Positions 52,101 to 61,894 are shown, counted from the first letter of the whole stretch. The stretch is DNA of 63,981 nt, filler included, from an uncultured bacterium (GCA_964449065.1; 3 parts of 3 records of this genome joined end to end with filler, not necessarily neighbours in it); one strand, 5' to 3'. Translations and numbers: made by a program. The notes: generated by a model not told the origin, from the letters alone.

Positions 52101-52227
52101 ATCAAACGTCGATTTGGCCCAGGAATTCACCAACTTGATTGTGACACAGCGGGCCTTTCAGGCAAATACACGTGTCATTACCACGGGTGACCAGATCATT
52201 CAGGAAGCATTGACATTGAAACGGTAA
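49186..52227 (+). CDS. flgE: flagellar hook protein, very large
   Basis: SNNIANINTVGF, DMSIQGDGFF, TRAGNF, LELSNVDLAQEFTNLIVTQRAFQAN. Confidence 0.93.
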   Translation: MTVRSLFVGLTGLNAMSQGIDVISNNIANINTVGFRGSRASFDDLFYRTLSAGVGSTENRGGVNPQQLGHGVTTGSIDTIFTQGSTQSTGRLLDMSIQGDGFFVLRDGAGQEFLTRAGNFSLDEEGTIVDPGTGLRLIGRQADENGNILDTEPEGELAIDFGRRSLAQQTENVTARGNFDSRVGDPNSGVEVSNANRSSTLTALFDEGGVPVGLVNGDVIRFDSGFFELGNPPENVDSPLDLSSLDAGKGEGVILSVTETTTLADLQTAFNTFFQSAVTDLTPGESSGLNFSYNDLSGSFEVNSSGDNALKGVRIGLEERFGETSPPEEATRNLGNLFVNQNDTDFSKTLNVSSQQVVETQQIRKADTTTSIDIFDSQGNSHTLAVGMARDTQAPAAIQNTLVNELTDAEGNKLIPSDVIPAKPVFSEPQLDSSTNTAVFTASQVSNIVATQGVYSFQDGGGNMVSLRLSDGALSFNGGQFIQPVQNDGTITAALADAGLDVTGEEILNIPSAENPGGGLLGDQGFEATTTLEDIRGQLERRINAAISQVAGNLENLDVNQLPAGADPTLALTNPEDFPANPISVTLTDDGSFSFSVANGNLGSPSTDDEEQANALINQAGENNMGLVFDLAAQTRSIRVSTIDPGPTIDDANDDNPDGQVDDSFVGDNRVTGFIQNADPFGENIQDFFDIGDTDFRVFDPALDPAAEEAGDRGIDDSGVHLVALSSGLFGNTDELAAQNFDGQQAFDPQVTAFRALFNKRGFGIPQNFDAAPGVDKVPNVPVGIVAGSNDVTPFEINTIHQDGLTRNTVNYQAVVPSDFRTPPVNNTGTLIFDSEGRFQSFDGTATPPTISFDPDNNDPENGGVDPIPFKLDLSSITYTTGAQSVQLDTQDGRPVGNLDNVSIAQNGEIIGVFTNGDTQSLGQIRLANVRNESGLIQEGATMFTTGPNSGERIFADAGTDAGSISSGSLELSNVDLAQEFTNLIVTQRAFQANTRVITTGDQIIQEALTLKR

Positions 52228-52537
52228 TTCCAATCGCCGCCGCTAGTGGTTCGTGACCAATCACCGCCGGCAAAAAGAACGGACGAAGCGAAGGGAGTTT
52301 GAGAATAACAAAAATCAAATCTTCACCAGGTTGGTGATTTAAGAATATAGATGAATTGCTATGCGATCATTCTATTTATTATGGAATCTCTTCTCGCTAA
52401 GAGATACGTCCTTCTACTCTGGAATGTCCGGGGGTGCCCACCACACCTCCGGTTTTGTTTTTACGACATTCAAAAAATCGAGTTCTATGAATACAGAAAC
52501 CGCCATCGTTTCCGTTTTGGTTTCCGGCCGTTGTTGT

Positions 52538-52640
52538 ATACCAATAACAGTGAGGATTGTAAAAAAAGACAACCGCTACGTCTTTCTTTCGCGGAGGCTT
52601 ATCGCCGCGCTTACCGGGTAATTCAAATTAAACGTGCTAG
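52538..52640 (-). mobile_element. mini-element family A, copy
   Basis: ATACCAAT...TCTTTCTTTCGCGGAGGCTTATCGCCGCGCTTA. Confidence 0.7.
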
Positions 52641-52874
52641 GTGTTGCTGTGCCGCTTATTCCAATCGTTCAACCAGAGTCTTCACCAACCGGTTTTGGTT
52701 GTGGTAAAGTATACCTTACATGTATTCTGATTGATGCTGGAATCCATGCGATTATTTGCAAAGAACGATTCTGATTTGTTTTGTGGTTGTTGCACCGGCT
52801 TCTAAGCGGGGCTGCTCATGACGCGTTCTTTATTGGAAACCAAATCAAATTTGATCTGCGAAAACGAGTTGATT

Positions 52875-54104
52875 ATGACGAACCGTAGAGAGTTTTACAC
52901 ACAAACGTTCGCACTATCGGTGGGGATGACCGGGGCGGTTGCCGGGGGTGCGCAGGCGGCGTTGAAAGCCAATCCGCGGGCTGCTGCCGAAGCGGATGTC
53001 GGGACACTTTATCCGCAAATTGAGGAGTTGGCCAGCCGGCGCGGATTTCCTCTCTCTGCTTTGGAACATGATTATAATGATCCCGCTGAGTACCGCCGGG
53101 CGGTGAAAAGTAAGGTGCTGGAGTTGTTCCATTACCGGCCTGAGCGGGTTGATCCACAGCCCCACACTGCGATGCGTTGGGAAACGGATGATTATGTGGG
53201 AGAGAAGATTGAATTCAACACGACGCCGCGGTTTCGTGTTCCCGCTTATGTGTTGAGTCCGAAACGGCATAGCGGCAGACGCCCTGCGGTGATTGATTTA
53301 CACTGCCATGCGGGTGTGTTTGTTTTCGGCAAAGAGAAGGTGATGCCGGTGCCTACCCCTCACCCGGCGCTGGTTGATCTGCAAGAGCAAGTGTATGAGG
53401 GACGCAGCACATCGGAAGAATTGGTGAAACGCGGGTTTGTGGTGATTTCTATCGACCGCTTTTATTTTGGAGAACGGCGCACGCTGTTTGATGATGCCAA
53501 CTCACTGGGGATGGACCTTGCGAAATACACCAAGGACGAAATCCGTGAGGCCAACCGGCGTTCTGCGCGGGGAGAGGCCACGCTGGCAAAGTCGCTCTTC
53601 TGGGCGGGAAGCACATGGAACGGCATCGCGCATTGGGATGACAAGCGCACGATTGATTACCTCATCACCCGCGAAGATGTGGATTCGAATCGCATCGGCT
53701 GCTTGGGGATTTCGATGGGTGGCGACCGCGCCAATTTCCTCTGCGCGATTGACGACCGCATTCAATGCGCGGTCAGCGTGGGATGGATGGCCACGCTCAA
53801 GGATTTGATCCGCTCGCATATCGATACGCATTCGTTCTCACACTTTTTGCCGGGGCTGACTCGATTTTTAGACTTGCCGGACGTGATCGGGGCAATGGCG
53901 CCGAAACCGCTGCTGGTGCAGCAATGCACGCGGGATGGGTTGTATACGCTGGAAAGCATGAAAAAAGCGGTGGAGAAAATCGGGAAGATTTATTCATGGG
54001 CGGAAGCGGCGGATCACTACCAAGGAACGTTCTACGATACCCCTCACCGGTTTACGCGGGAAATGCAGGAGGATGCGTTTGAGTGGTTTGAGGAGCGGCT
54101 GTAA
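52875..54104 (+). CDS. alpha/beta hydrolase (dienelactone hydrolase-like), Tat-exported
   Basis: NRREF twin-Arg; RIGCLGISMGG nucleophile elbow; APKPLL; PHRF. Confidence 0.88.
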   Translation: MTNRREFYTQTFALSVGMTGAVAGGAQAALKANPRAAAEADVGTLYPQIEELASRRGFPLSALEHDYNDPAEYRRAVKSKVLELFHYRPERVDPQPHTAMRWETDDYVGEKIEFNTTPRFRVPAYVLSPKRHSGRRPAVIDLHCHAGVFVFGKEKVMPVPTPHPALVDLQEQVYEGRSTSEELVKRGFVVISIDRFYFGERRTLFDDANSLGMDLAKYTKDEIREANRRSARGEATLAKSLFWAGSTWNGIAHWDDKRTIDYLITREDVDSNRIGCLGISMGGDRANFLCAIDDRIQCAVSVGWMATLKDLIRSHIDTHSFSHFLPGLTRFLDLPDVIGAMAPKPLLVQQCTRDGLYTLESMKKAVEKIGKIYSWAEAADHYQGTFYDTPHRFTREMQEDAFEWFEERL

Positions 54105-54106
54105 GT

Positions 54107-54236
54107 ATATCATTTCCGTATTCCGTTTCAGAACCAACCCAAAACCACAATATTCGGTCTTTATCCATCTTACCTTGAGCACGTTATACCTTGAATACAC
54201 GCGCTGAATTGGTCCTGCTTCAATCGGAAATGGTAT
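54107..54236. mobile_element. 130-bp element with family A-like inverted ends
   Basis: ATATCATTTCCG...CGGAAATGGTAT (11/12 IR). Confidence 0.55.
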
Positions 54237-54349
54237 GTTGCTTCGTTCGATTGAGATGGAATCACTCACTTTCTTTTTGCAACCGGGTATAGTTGGTTAT
54301 GGATTCGCCTTTATTCGCGGTAAAAATACTCAAAAGGGAAGAAGGAACT

Positions 54350-55045
54350 TTACAAATACTTCAACAACAAATCATCCACCGCCTCACGCATCAGTATCGA
54401 TTCATCCACACTTAAATCCTTCGCGACCTTGCTGAACATTTTGATCTGCGCTTCGGTGAGTTTGAATTCCCTCGGGGTATACTCAATTTGTGGAGTGTCC
54501 ATTATTTCATCCACATCTTTCTTCACCGCTTCACCCAGCGCCATGCGCGCGTTATGAAACAACTCAATGCGGTTCTTCGCGTCTTCCGGAAAGACCGAAA
54601 TTCCCCCGCTGAGCGTGCATTTCTTCCGCTTCGATTTCATCAGCTTTTGCGAGAAATCCGTAAAGCGCTTCACCACCTCATTGCCGAACTGCGCGGTCTG
54701 CTCTCCGGTACGCGATGGGAGAATCACCAAAAACTCATTCGGATTAATACTGTCCACATACACTTCCGGGGGGGTATGTTCCACCAAAATCAAAACCAAA
54801 CCTTCCACCAACTGGCTCAACAGTACGATATCCCGGCTTTTTTTCCACCGCTGATACTGATCAATCCGCAACACCAATAACGGAATCGTAATATCATCAC
54901 GCGATGCCGTTGCCAGCAAGCGGTCAAAGATTTTATGCGTTTCTGATTTTGCAACCAATGAAAACGCGGTATGGATCAATTCATCCTTGTTTTTCTGTGG
55001 TACCAAAAAAGATGCCATCCAACTTTCCAATTCCATGAAATACAC
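54350..55045 (-). CDS. degenerate GGDEF domain fused to a C-terminal ribbon-helix-helix-like segment
   Basis: INPNEFLVILP in place of GGDEF, TLSGGISVFPED, and C-terminal ESILMREAVDDLLLKY. Confidence 0.75.
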   Translation of the reverse strand: MYFMELESWMASFLVPQKNKDELIHTAFSLVAKSETHKIFDRLLATASRDDITIPLLVLRIDQYQRWKKSRDIVLLSQLVEGLVLILVEHTPPEVYVDSINPNEFLVILPSRTGEQTAQFGNEVVKRFTDFSQKLMKSKRKKCTLSGGISVFPEDAKNRIELFHNARMALGEAVKKDVDEIMDTPQIEYTPREFKLTEAQIKMFSKVAKDLSVDESILMREAVDDLLLKYL

Positions 55046-55067
55046 TACATATTAAGATATGTTTACG

Positions 55068-55094
55068 GTATCGGTGGATTGACAGAAATGATTA
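55068..55094 (-). promoter_or_regulatory. sigma28-like promoter
   Basis: Minus strand TAAT-N15-ACCGATAC. Confidence 0.5.
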
Positions 55095-55421
55095 AGGATT
55101 TTCCCTAAGTTTTTTCAAAAAGATCATATTTGCACTCAATGAAATAGAATTTCACAGAAAAAAATGGAACGGTATACTTCAAAGCAAGGGCACGAAATCA
55201 AATCCGAACAATTTCTGCGGATCAGGTTCAACCAAAACAATACTTGTTTCTGTACAATACCAGCAATAGGTCAGCCGCTTGAAAAAAAATTCCCCCTCCC
55301 AAAGGTGGCTACTCTCCGTACTGATCCTTTTATGGTACACAAAGTTCTAAAAGTGACGGGGAGCAACGGCTTCCAGCCGGTGTGTCAATCTCTATGCCAT
55401 ACCGGTACACTTGCCCGATTC

Positions 55422-55521
55422 NNNNNNNNNNNNNNNNNNNNNNNNNNNNNNNNNNNNNNNNNNNNTTAATTAATTAANNNNNNNNNNNNNNNNNNNNNNN
55501 NNNNNNNNNNNNNNNNNNNNN
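55422..55521. other. artificial contig linker
   Basis: N-run containing TTAATTAATTAA. Confidence 0.95.
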
Positions 55522-56534
55522 TTCTTCCGTTTTGTGTATTCTTTACCGTTTCGGTATTTTCATCGATTACATCTATGAGTCCTTATCACTCCATTGCGGA
55601 ATCATTGGAGATTTTGATCTATCTCATCTTCTTCCTTATGCTGATTGATCTGCCGTGGAACACAAAATATCTGACCTGGGTCGGAACAGCATTCTTAGGG
55701 GGGACGTGGTATTTGCTCTGGCGCAGCGCCTCGCAACTTCTTTACGCGAAGGTCATGATTTGGGACATTAAACTGAACGGCCCCTTCGATTATCCTAACG
55801 CCATGGGGGTATTCTGCATCCTTTGCTCATCCATCTTGATTTGGCTGGCAGCCCAATGCAAAGCCAAATATACCATTGGATTGATCGTTCTAACCGTGAT
55901 GGCGGTTATTCTGTGCGGGCTTTTAACGCAATCCCGCGCGGTCTTTCTCAGTTTGGCCGCGGCGACGGTTGTATGCGCCGCTCTTGGTTCCAGGAAAATA
56001 CAATTCTATGTCGGCATCACACTCGCGGTTATGACCATTGCCGCCGGGCTCTTGCTGCTGCCCAAATTCGTGGGGATGCAGTCTGAACTGCAAACCCAAA
56101 ACGAAATGTCCCGCCTGATGATCTGGACTTATATGCTGCAAAACTTTCTCCCGCAACTGCCTCTCTTCGGCCATGGTCTTGGCCCCACCATCCCCGAACG
56201 GATGGCCGATTGGTTATCATCCACACGGTATGAGCCGTATCTATCCAAACCCTGGCACCCGCATAACCTCTATTTGCATTTACTGCTCGCTACCGGTCTT
56301 CCTGGGCTATTGGCATTCGCCTGGTGGATGCGCAACGTGTTTCTCACCTTTCTGCAAAATCCACAAATCGAAAAATGTATTCTTTGCGCGGCCGTTGCGG
56401 CGTTTTTGGTTTACCAGGTTTTCGAAGTGCATTTGTTGTTGGGAAATATCCCCGTCGCTTTGATTACACTTATGGCAATTGGGACATGGAACCAGCAAGA
56501 ACGTTCATCAAAAGGTTTTGAGAACCATGTTTAA
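55522..56534 (+). CDS. O-antigen ligase family protein (5' truncated at the gap)
   Basis: GPFDYPNAMG, LTQSRA, SRLMIW, PLFGHG, HPHNLYL. Confidence 0.85.
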
Positions 56535-58269
56535 TTGGATGTTCTACATATCCATCCCGCTTGGCCTCGTCTCCGGTTTGCTGCATTTGCAGTGGGGGTA
56601 TGCGGTCCTGCTGTTTTGGGCTTGGTTTCTGCTCAAACCGGAACGCCGGTTCGTTCCACTCAAACCGGTTTCCCAAACCATGATCTTCCTATATATTTTG
56701 TTTGTTGTATGGACGATGACGCAAACCTACCTCGTCCCCTTTTTCCTGCAGGACCCAATCCGGTTACGAACCAATCTGTCACTATTTTTATTCGTATATT
56801 TCATTGTCATGTTGTTTCACCGCAATTTCCAATGGCGATTCTTAAAAGAACAAATGACCGGCTTGCTGCTTGCCGTCACGGCCGGCTGGTTGATCTGCCA
56901 TATTTTGTTGTGCCTATGGGCTGGGATATGGTTTGAATTTCAATCATGGCTGCATTATTCCATTGTCTTTTTGCTTCTCAATATGGGCTTTCAACTTCAT
57001 TCACCAAAAGTTGAACCCCAACTTCCAACTCATCTAAATCCAATTCTTATTGTCTTGATTGCCTGCACTTTATTCGGCCACTACGTCCGCTCTATCCAAT
57101 TGGAGAACGCCGCCAACCGCTCTTCCGAATACCGCATGGCAATGCATCACTCTATCCAATCCGGCTACATTCAAACCGCAATCCAAGCCTTGCTCAATGA
57201 AGGCGCCCGTCTTGCCGCGCAAAACCAAACCCAGGAAGCCTTAACCTTTATGCGTTCGCAATGGGAACACCTCCCCAAAGAACAAATCGCGGAAGCATAC
57301 CGCAACCATTCAACCCTTTCGAACAATCCTTTCTTATTCTTATCTCTCTTTGGAGGACGATTAAGACTCAACCCCGAAGAAGAAATTCTCGATGGTCTTA
57401 TTGCTTATGAACCGCTGCAATATATTGTGTTAACCAATCAAAACAGAGTGGTAAAAATTTCGGGGGGTGGAATATCCGGTATTATCTTGGAGACAACAAA
57501 CGCAGCCCGAATCCATTTCGATGAAACCAAAAATGTATTGTATGGAATGGCGGAAGATCAAAACGTATTCATGCTGAATGAAAACGAAGTGAGTTTCATT
57601 CCACTTCCACGTGATGAAGGTTGGGTGGACGCAAAACTCTCATCAACCGAAGGGAAACTCCGGGCGCTTCACGCGCGGGGCGGCATCGTGGAATACACAA
57701 TCCAAGATGAAGCATGGAAATACGCCCGCGAATTGTATCCGCCGCTTTGGCGTGAAGAAAAACTGGCCATCCAACTTTTGCATGAAACCATCAATGGGCA
57801 AGATGTGTTTTACGTTTTAGACAAACACAAAGGCATAACCGCCCGCTATCCCGCTAATGTGAGCAATAGCGTTTTGCCTAAGAAAGATCTGTTCCGCTTC
57901 TACCATCCCGAACGACGCAATGCGGTGGGGATGAATTTTTATAAGGATCAAATCGTTATTGCCGGTCAGTTCGGCCGCTTGGATTTTGTGAGTGAAGGTG
58001 TGGGAGACGATTTCACCGAATGGAAGTATTCCATCCGCGCCCCCATCTACTTTGACCAAACCAGCGGCCTTTGGCTGCGGAACGCTGATACCGTTGCGTT
58101 GATCACCTGCCCGCCGGCTGAAACCATCATCCTGCTCAAACGCAATGGAATCTTTGAACCGGTCGCCATGCCGCAAGGGTTTCGTCTCGTTTCTCTCAAA
58201 CGCAACGGCTGGTGGGATGCTACATCCACCACCATATCAACCCGCCAAGCCCCGCCAGCAGCAAAATAA
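56527..58269 (+). CDS. multi-TM membrane protein with a large soluble C-terminal domain
   Basis: Several N-terminal TM segments; overlaps the ligase stop codon. Confidence 0.75.
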   Translation: MFNWMFYISIPLGLVSGLLHLQWGYAVLLFWAWFLLKPERRFVPLKPVSQTMIFLYILFVVWTMTQTYLVPFFLQDPIRLRTNLSLFLFVYFIVMLFHRNFQWRFLKEQMTGLLLAVTAGWLICHILLCLWAGIWFEFQSWLHYSIVFLLLNMGFQLHSPKVEPQLPTHLNPILIVLIACTLFGHYVRSIQLENAANRSSEYRMAMHHSIQSGYIQTAIQALLNEGARLAAQNQTQEALTFMRSQWEHLPKEQIAEAYRNHSTLSNNPFLFLSLFGGRLRLNPEEEILDGLIAYEPLQYIVLTNQNRVVKISGGGISGIILETTNAARIHFDETKNVLYGMAEDQNVFMLNENEVSFIPLPRDEGWVDAKLSSTEGKLRALHARGGIVEYTIQDEAWKYARELYPPLWREEKLAIQLLHETINGQDVFYVLDKHKGITARYPANVSNSVLPKKDLFRFYHPERRNAVGMNFYKDQIVIAGQFGRLDFVSEGVGDDFTEWKYSIRAPIYFDQTSGLWLRNADTVALITCPPAETIILLKRNGIFEPVAMPQGFRLVSLKRNGWWDATSTTISTRQAPPAAK

Positions 58270-58438
58270 CTACCAGCGCTATTCCGATACCCGCGTACAT
58301 AAATATATTCGCCCGCTCTTCATCCCCGCATTCATGAGGAATAATCGTCCGGCACTTTGGACACCGGATCGAACTGATCGGAATCTTTTGATGACAGTAT
58401 GGACATTTGATCGTAAATACCGGCATGAAAACGACCAC
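58220..58438 (-). CDS. small zinc-ribbon membrane protein
   Basis: CPYC..CPKC followed by a C-terminal TM helix. Confidence 0.6.
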   Translation of the reverse strand: MVVFMPVFTIKCPYCHQKIPISSIRCPKCRTIIPHECGDEERANIFMYAGIGIALVVILLLAGLGGLIWWWM

Positions 58439-58482
58439 AACTTAATCACATTTTTTACGCTAAACGCAAGGGGGAAAAGATC

Positions 58483-58585
58483 ATACCATTTCCAATTAGG
58501 ACTGTTCATTTAGCGTGGCGATAAGCCTCAGCAAAAGAAGGACTTAGCACTTTTCTTACCTGACAATCCAAAATAACATCGGTAT
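58483..58585 (+). mobile_element. 103-bp mini-element family A
   Basis: ATACCATTTCCAATTAGG...AATAACATCGGTAT. Confidence 0.85.
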
Positions 58586-58695
58586 AAGAAGTACCATGGT
58601 CTTTGGTCAATACAGTCCCTTGCAGGGTCAACTAACATAGCCTGGGACAATGTCTATGGCAAGTCAAACTCTTTGCCAAATCGATATCCCTTGCG

Positions 58696-60312
58696 TCAGC
58701 CGTTTTGGTTGGGCGGTATTACATGCGGTCCCGGACGAACTCCTGTGTTGGGGATTTGGGTGGTTTTTGTCCCGTTCGAGGCCGTGAAATAATGTGAATT
58801 TACGAGACGATCAAGCGCGAAAAATCCGGTATACAAAACGCCCTGCCGGTAATTTTGATTGCTGCTATCGGCCGGCTTTAATTCGTATTCTTTATCATTG
58901 ATTACCACGTTTACAAACTGCGGCGCCCGGTTCAGTATATCTCTGTAGATGCATCGGACGTGAAAGGATTCCCCGCTTTGCATGGGCGTGCGGAAGAGTT
59001 CGGCTCCATGCAGGAAAGGCGGCGGATCGCTGGCCGCCACACCGAGAGAGTCGGCCAGAGCATAGATGACCAGCGCGCCTTCAGTCATCATATCATCGAT
59101 CGATTTGGGAAGGATATATTGCGAACCAAACTGATTTTCATAAACGAAGTTGGATGACAAGGAGATGGATATGGCTTGAGGAAATAGATGATGAATGATA
59201 TTGGAGAGTCGTCCGGAAACGGACTGCCGTTCGATGTTTGTGTACCAGGGCAAATATTTTTTTTCCAGGATTTCGACCGCGAGCCGGTCCTGGGTTTCTT
59301 CGTTATCTTTGGCCACAAGTTCTCGTTGAATGCGGTCTCGTCCATTCCAGTTGGATTCCAACCGAAGGCAAAGATTCACGTCTCCACTACTGTTTTTAAT
59401 CTCTTGCAAAAACGATTTGAACTGCCGTTGTTCATAAAATGAATAGTGCTTTTCATCCCATGCTGTTTTCCAGTCAACGGTGAGGGTGGCGTTGCGGGGA
59501 TGATTCATTCGTCCGCTTTCCACGGCATCGCGGTCAAAGACCGGAACAAGATCAATCACACTCCGGCGCTTGACGGCATTGGCTGCCGGATCACCGGAGA
59601 GCAAAAACTTGACGATCCCAATACTCATCCAAGTTGAAGAGGCATCATTCCCGCCCTCACGGCTGAGAATGAGAATCCGACTTTTCTCTTCAGCCGGTAC
59701 GTCCGGATCGGTAATCGATAGTACAGAGATGGGCAAATCGTGTTGGACCGAATGGAAAGGCTCGCGAACGGTAATATGCGGCTGATCCACAAGAGAAGCA
59801 ATAAACGCATCGGCGTGCAAATTGGTGCAAGGCGGCGAGAAAGCGATCCAAGCCCGGTCTTCGACAAACCGAAAGGAGAAGGAATAGCGGACGGTATCCG
59901 CGCCTTCATTTGGAAGAATGGTTATATCCTTGCAATGGAACCAATGCGTTTGATTGTAGGAAACAACCGGGAATGAATAGCCGGTAAAGAAATTGGCGGG
60001 CGCGTTTGGAAGAACAAACGTAAGAGACCGGTTTTGAATGTTGTCAACACGGAAAAAGAACCACCCAGACGCGGAATCCTTCAGACGAAGTTCAACGGTT
60101 GTTTCATTCAAAACCTTCGCGTGATCTAAACTGCCTTGACTGAAGTTGGAAGAGAATTGCGGTTGGGAGAGCACGGCGAACGGAATCATGCAATGCATAC
60201 TCAAGAAGAGGAGGGCAGACGCAATCCACCATTGTAAGTGTAGGGTCTTCCATATTATCCGTTGCCCACGCGTGCTCATATCCCACTCGCGTTCCCTTTG
60301 AGATTCATGCAA
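58696..60312 (-). CDS. M14 carboxypeptidase-like exported protein, degenerate Zn site
   Basis: SNFSQGSL, WFFFRV, WIAFSPP, ITDP, ILSREGGND, VPVFDRDA. Confidence 0.7.
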   Translation of the reverse strand: MHESQREREWDMSTRGQRIIWKTLHLQWWIASALLFLSMHCMIPFAVLSQPQFSSNFSQGSLDHAKVLNETTVELRLKDSASGWFFFRVDNIQNRSLTFVLPNAPANFFTGYSFPVVSYNQTHWFHCKDITILPNEGADTVRYSFSFRFVEDRAWIAFSPPCTNLHADAFIASLVDQPHITVREPFHSVQHDLPISVLSITDPDVPAEEKSRILILSREGGNDASSTWMSIGIVKFLLSGDPAANAVKRRSVIDLVPVFDRDAVESGRMNHPRNATLTVDWKTAWDEKHYSFYEQRQFKSFLQEIKNSSGDVNLCLRLESNWNGRDRIQRELVAKDNEETQDRLAVEILEKKYLPWYTNIERQSVSGRLSNIIHHLFPQAISISLSSNFVYENQFGSQYILPKSIDDMMTEGALVIYALADSLGVAASDPPPFLHGAELFRTPMQSGESFHVRCIYRDILNRAPQFVNVVINDKEYELKPADSSNQNYRQGVLYTGFFALDRLVNSHYFTASNGTKTTQIPNTGVRPGPHVIPPNQNG

Positions 60313-60517
60313 AAACCCCGTGTAATTCGTTGAGGTTCATAATGCGTTGTAGCGGTTTCATGAACATTCTTTGCGCAATCAACTACCGTCTTTGTGTCAT
60401 TCAAGATTGTATGGATGTAACGAAGGCAAGGGGGGTGCCGGATTGGTATACGGCAACGTGTCCCCTGCCACCCATGCAAACATTCGACCGCAATCCAACC
60501 CTGAAACGTTCTAACAC

Positions 60518-61540
60518 TTAGTTCGAAATATGCTGAATGATAGCTTGAATAATGCTGTGTACATCCACCCGGTCTGCTTCGGCGCGGTAGTTGGTCACAA
60601 TGCGGTGACGCAGAACCGGGTCTGCCGCGTGGCGGATATCGTCTTCGGATACACTGTTGCGGCCATCTATGATCGCGCGGACTTTGCCTGCCAAGACCAA
60701 AAATTGTGACGCGCGCGGGCCGGCTCCCCATGAGACGTAATGGTCTACCGCTTCGATGCCGGTAGGGGAATTATCCGTATTCAAGCGGGTGGCTTTAACG
60801 ATTTTGACCGCGTACTGAATCACTTGATCGGAAATCGGAACGCGCTTGATTAATGATTGCACCTTCAGCACATCGTCTCCGGACATCACTTGCTGCGCAT
60901 CGCCGCTAAAGGCGGAAGTGGTGTTTTTCACAATGGAAATTTCATCGTCTTCCGATGGATAGCCGATGTTGATTTGAAACATGAAACGATCCAATTGCGC
61001 TTCCGGCAGCGGATAGGTTCCTTCTTGTTCGATAGGGTTTTGGGTTGCCAATACAAAAAAAGGCGGTTCAAGGGGATAATCTACCCCCCCCGCGGTCACC
61101 CGCAACTCCTGCATGGCTTCTAATAAAGCCGCTTGGGTTTTGGGCGGTGTGCGGTTGATTTCATCTGCCAATATGATATTGGCGAACAACGGCCCTTTGA
61201 TAAAGCGGAAGTTTCGCGTTCCGCTGGCTTTGTCTTCTTCCATCACATCCGTGCCGGTGATATCGGAGGGCATCAGATCCGGCGTAAATTGAATGCGGCG
61301 AAAGTTTAGGTCAAGTATTTTAGAAAAGGTGCGGATGAGGGTGGTTTTCGCCAATCCCGGCACCCCAACCAACAACGCGTGGCCGCCGGAAAAGAGGCAG
61401 ATCAACAGTTCTTCGATCACCTCTTTTTGTCCGACGATTTCCTTGGAAATTTCATGCAGAATTTGCTCGCGTTTTTGATGGACGAATTGGACAGCTTCGG
61501 TATCACTCATGTTTTGGATTGTGGCGGGTTCTGTGACCAT
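60518..61540 (-). CDS. moxR: MoxR-family AAA+ ATPase
   Basis: GVPGLAKT, RIQFTPDLMPSDITG, ADEINRTPPKTQAALL, ATQNPIEQEGTYPLPEAQLDRF. Confidence 0.95.
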   Translation of the reverse strand: MVTEPATIQNMSDTEAVQFVHQKREQILHEISKEIVGQKEVIEELLICLFSGGHALLVGVPGLAKTTLIRTFSKILDLNFRRIQFTPDLMPSDITGTDVMEEDKASGTRNFRFIKGPLFANIILADEINRTPPKTQAALLEAMQELRVTAGGVDYPLEPPFFVLATQNPIEQEGTYPLPEAQLDRFMFQINIGYPSEDDEISIVKNTTSAFSGDAQQVMSGDDVLKVQSLIKRVPISDQVIQYAVKIVKATRLNTDNSPTGIEAVDHYVSWGAGPRASQFLVLAGKVRAIIDGRNSVSEDDIRHAADPVLRHRIVTNYRAEADRVDVHSIIQAIIQHISN

Positions 61541-61894
61541 ACTATCTTTGTATCCTTCTGATTTGATTTCGATTTCTTTACCGTAAACAAACGGAATTGC
61601 TCGATATCATTTAATTGTTTGCGTATGAGCGGCGGGCTGCCGGAGTTAGATGGCTAGGAAGGGAAAGTGTTTAGCCCCGCTTAAGAAATCAGTCAACCAT
61701 CTATATTGTTAAGAGTGACAAGCCCACAATGTATATCAAACAAGTCTGTTGCGATTCGTATACAACGATTCAACACACATGAAGGGTACTGTCTGTCCTT
61801 AAACAGGTCAAGTCAACAATCATTGCCTATAGTGAGGAAAACCGCTTTAATCGGTTCTAGTAAAACCTGGATACGCGCAAAGGAGAGTGAATCA

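Noticed and set aside
52351..52707. 118-aa ORF after flgE
   Set aside because: Spans a family A mini-element, has atypical composition and no clear RBS.
61626..61685. Structured ncRNA or riboswitch upstream of moxR
   Set aside because: Only a weak GCGGGCT/AGCCCCGC pairing, with no recognisable SRP, 6S or riboswitch consensus.
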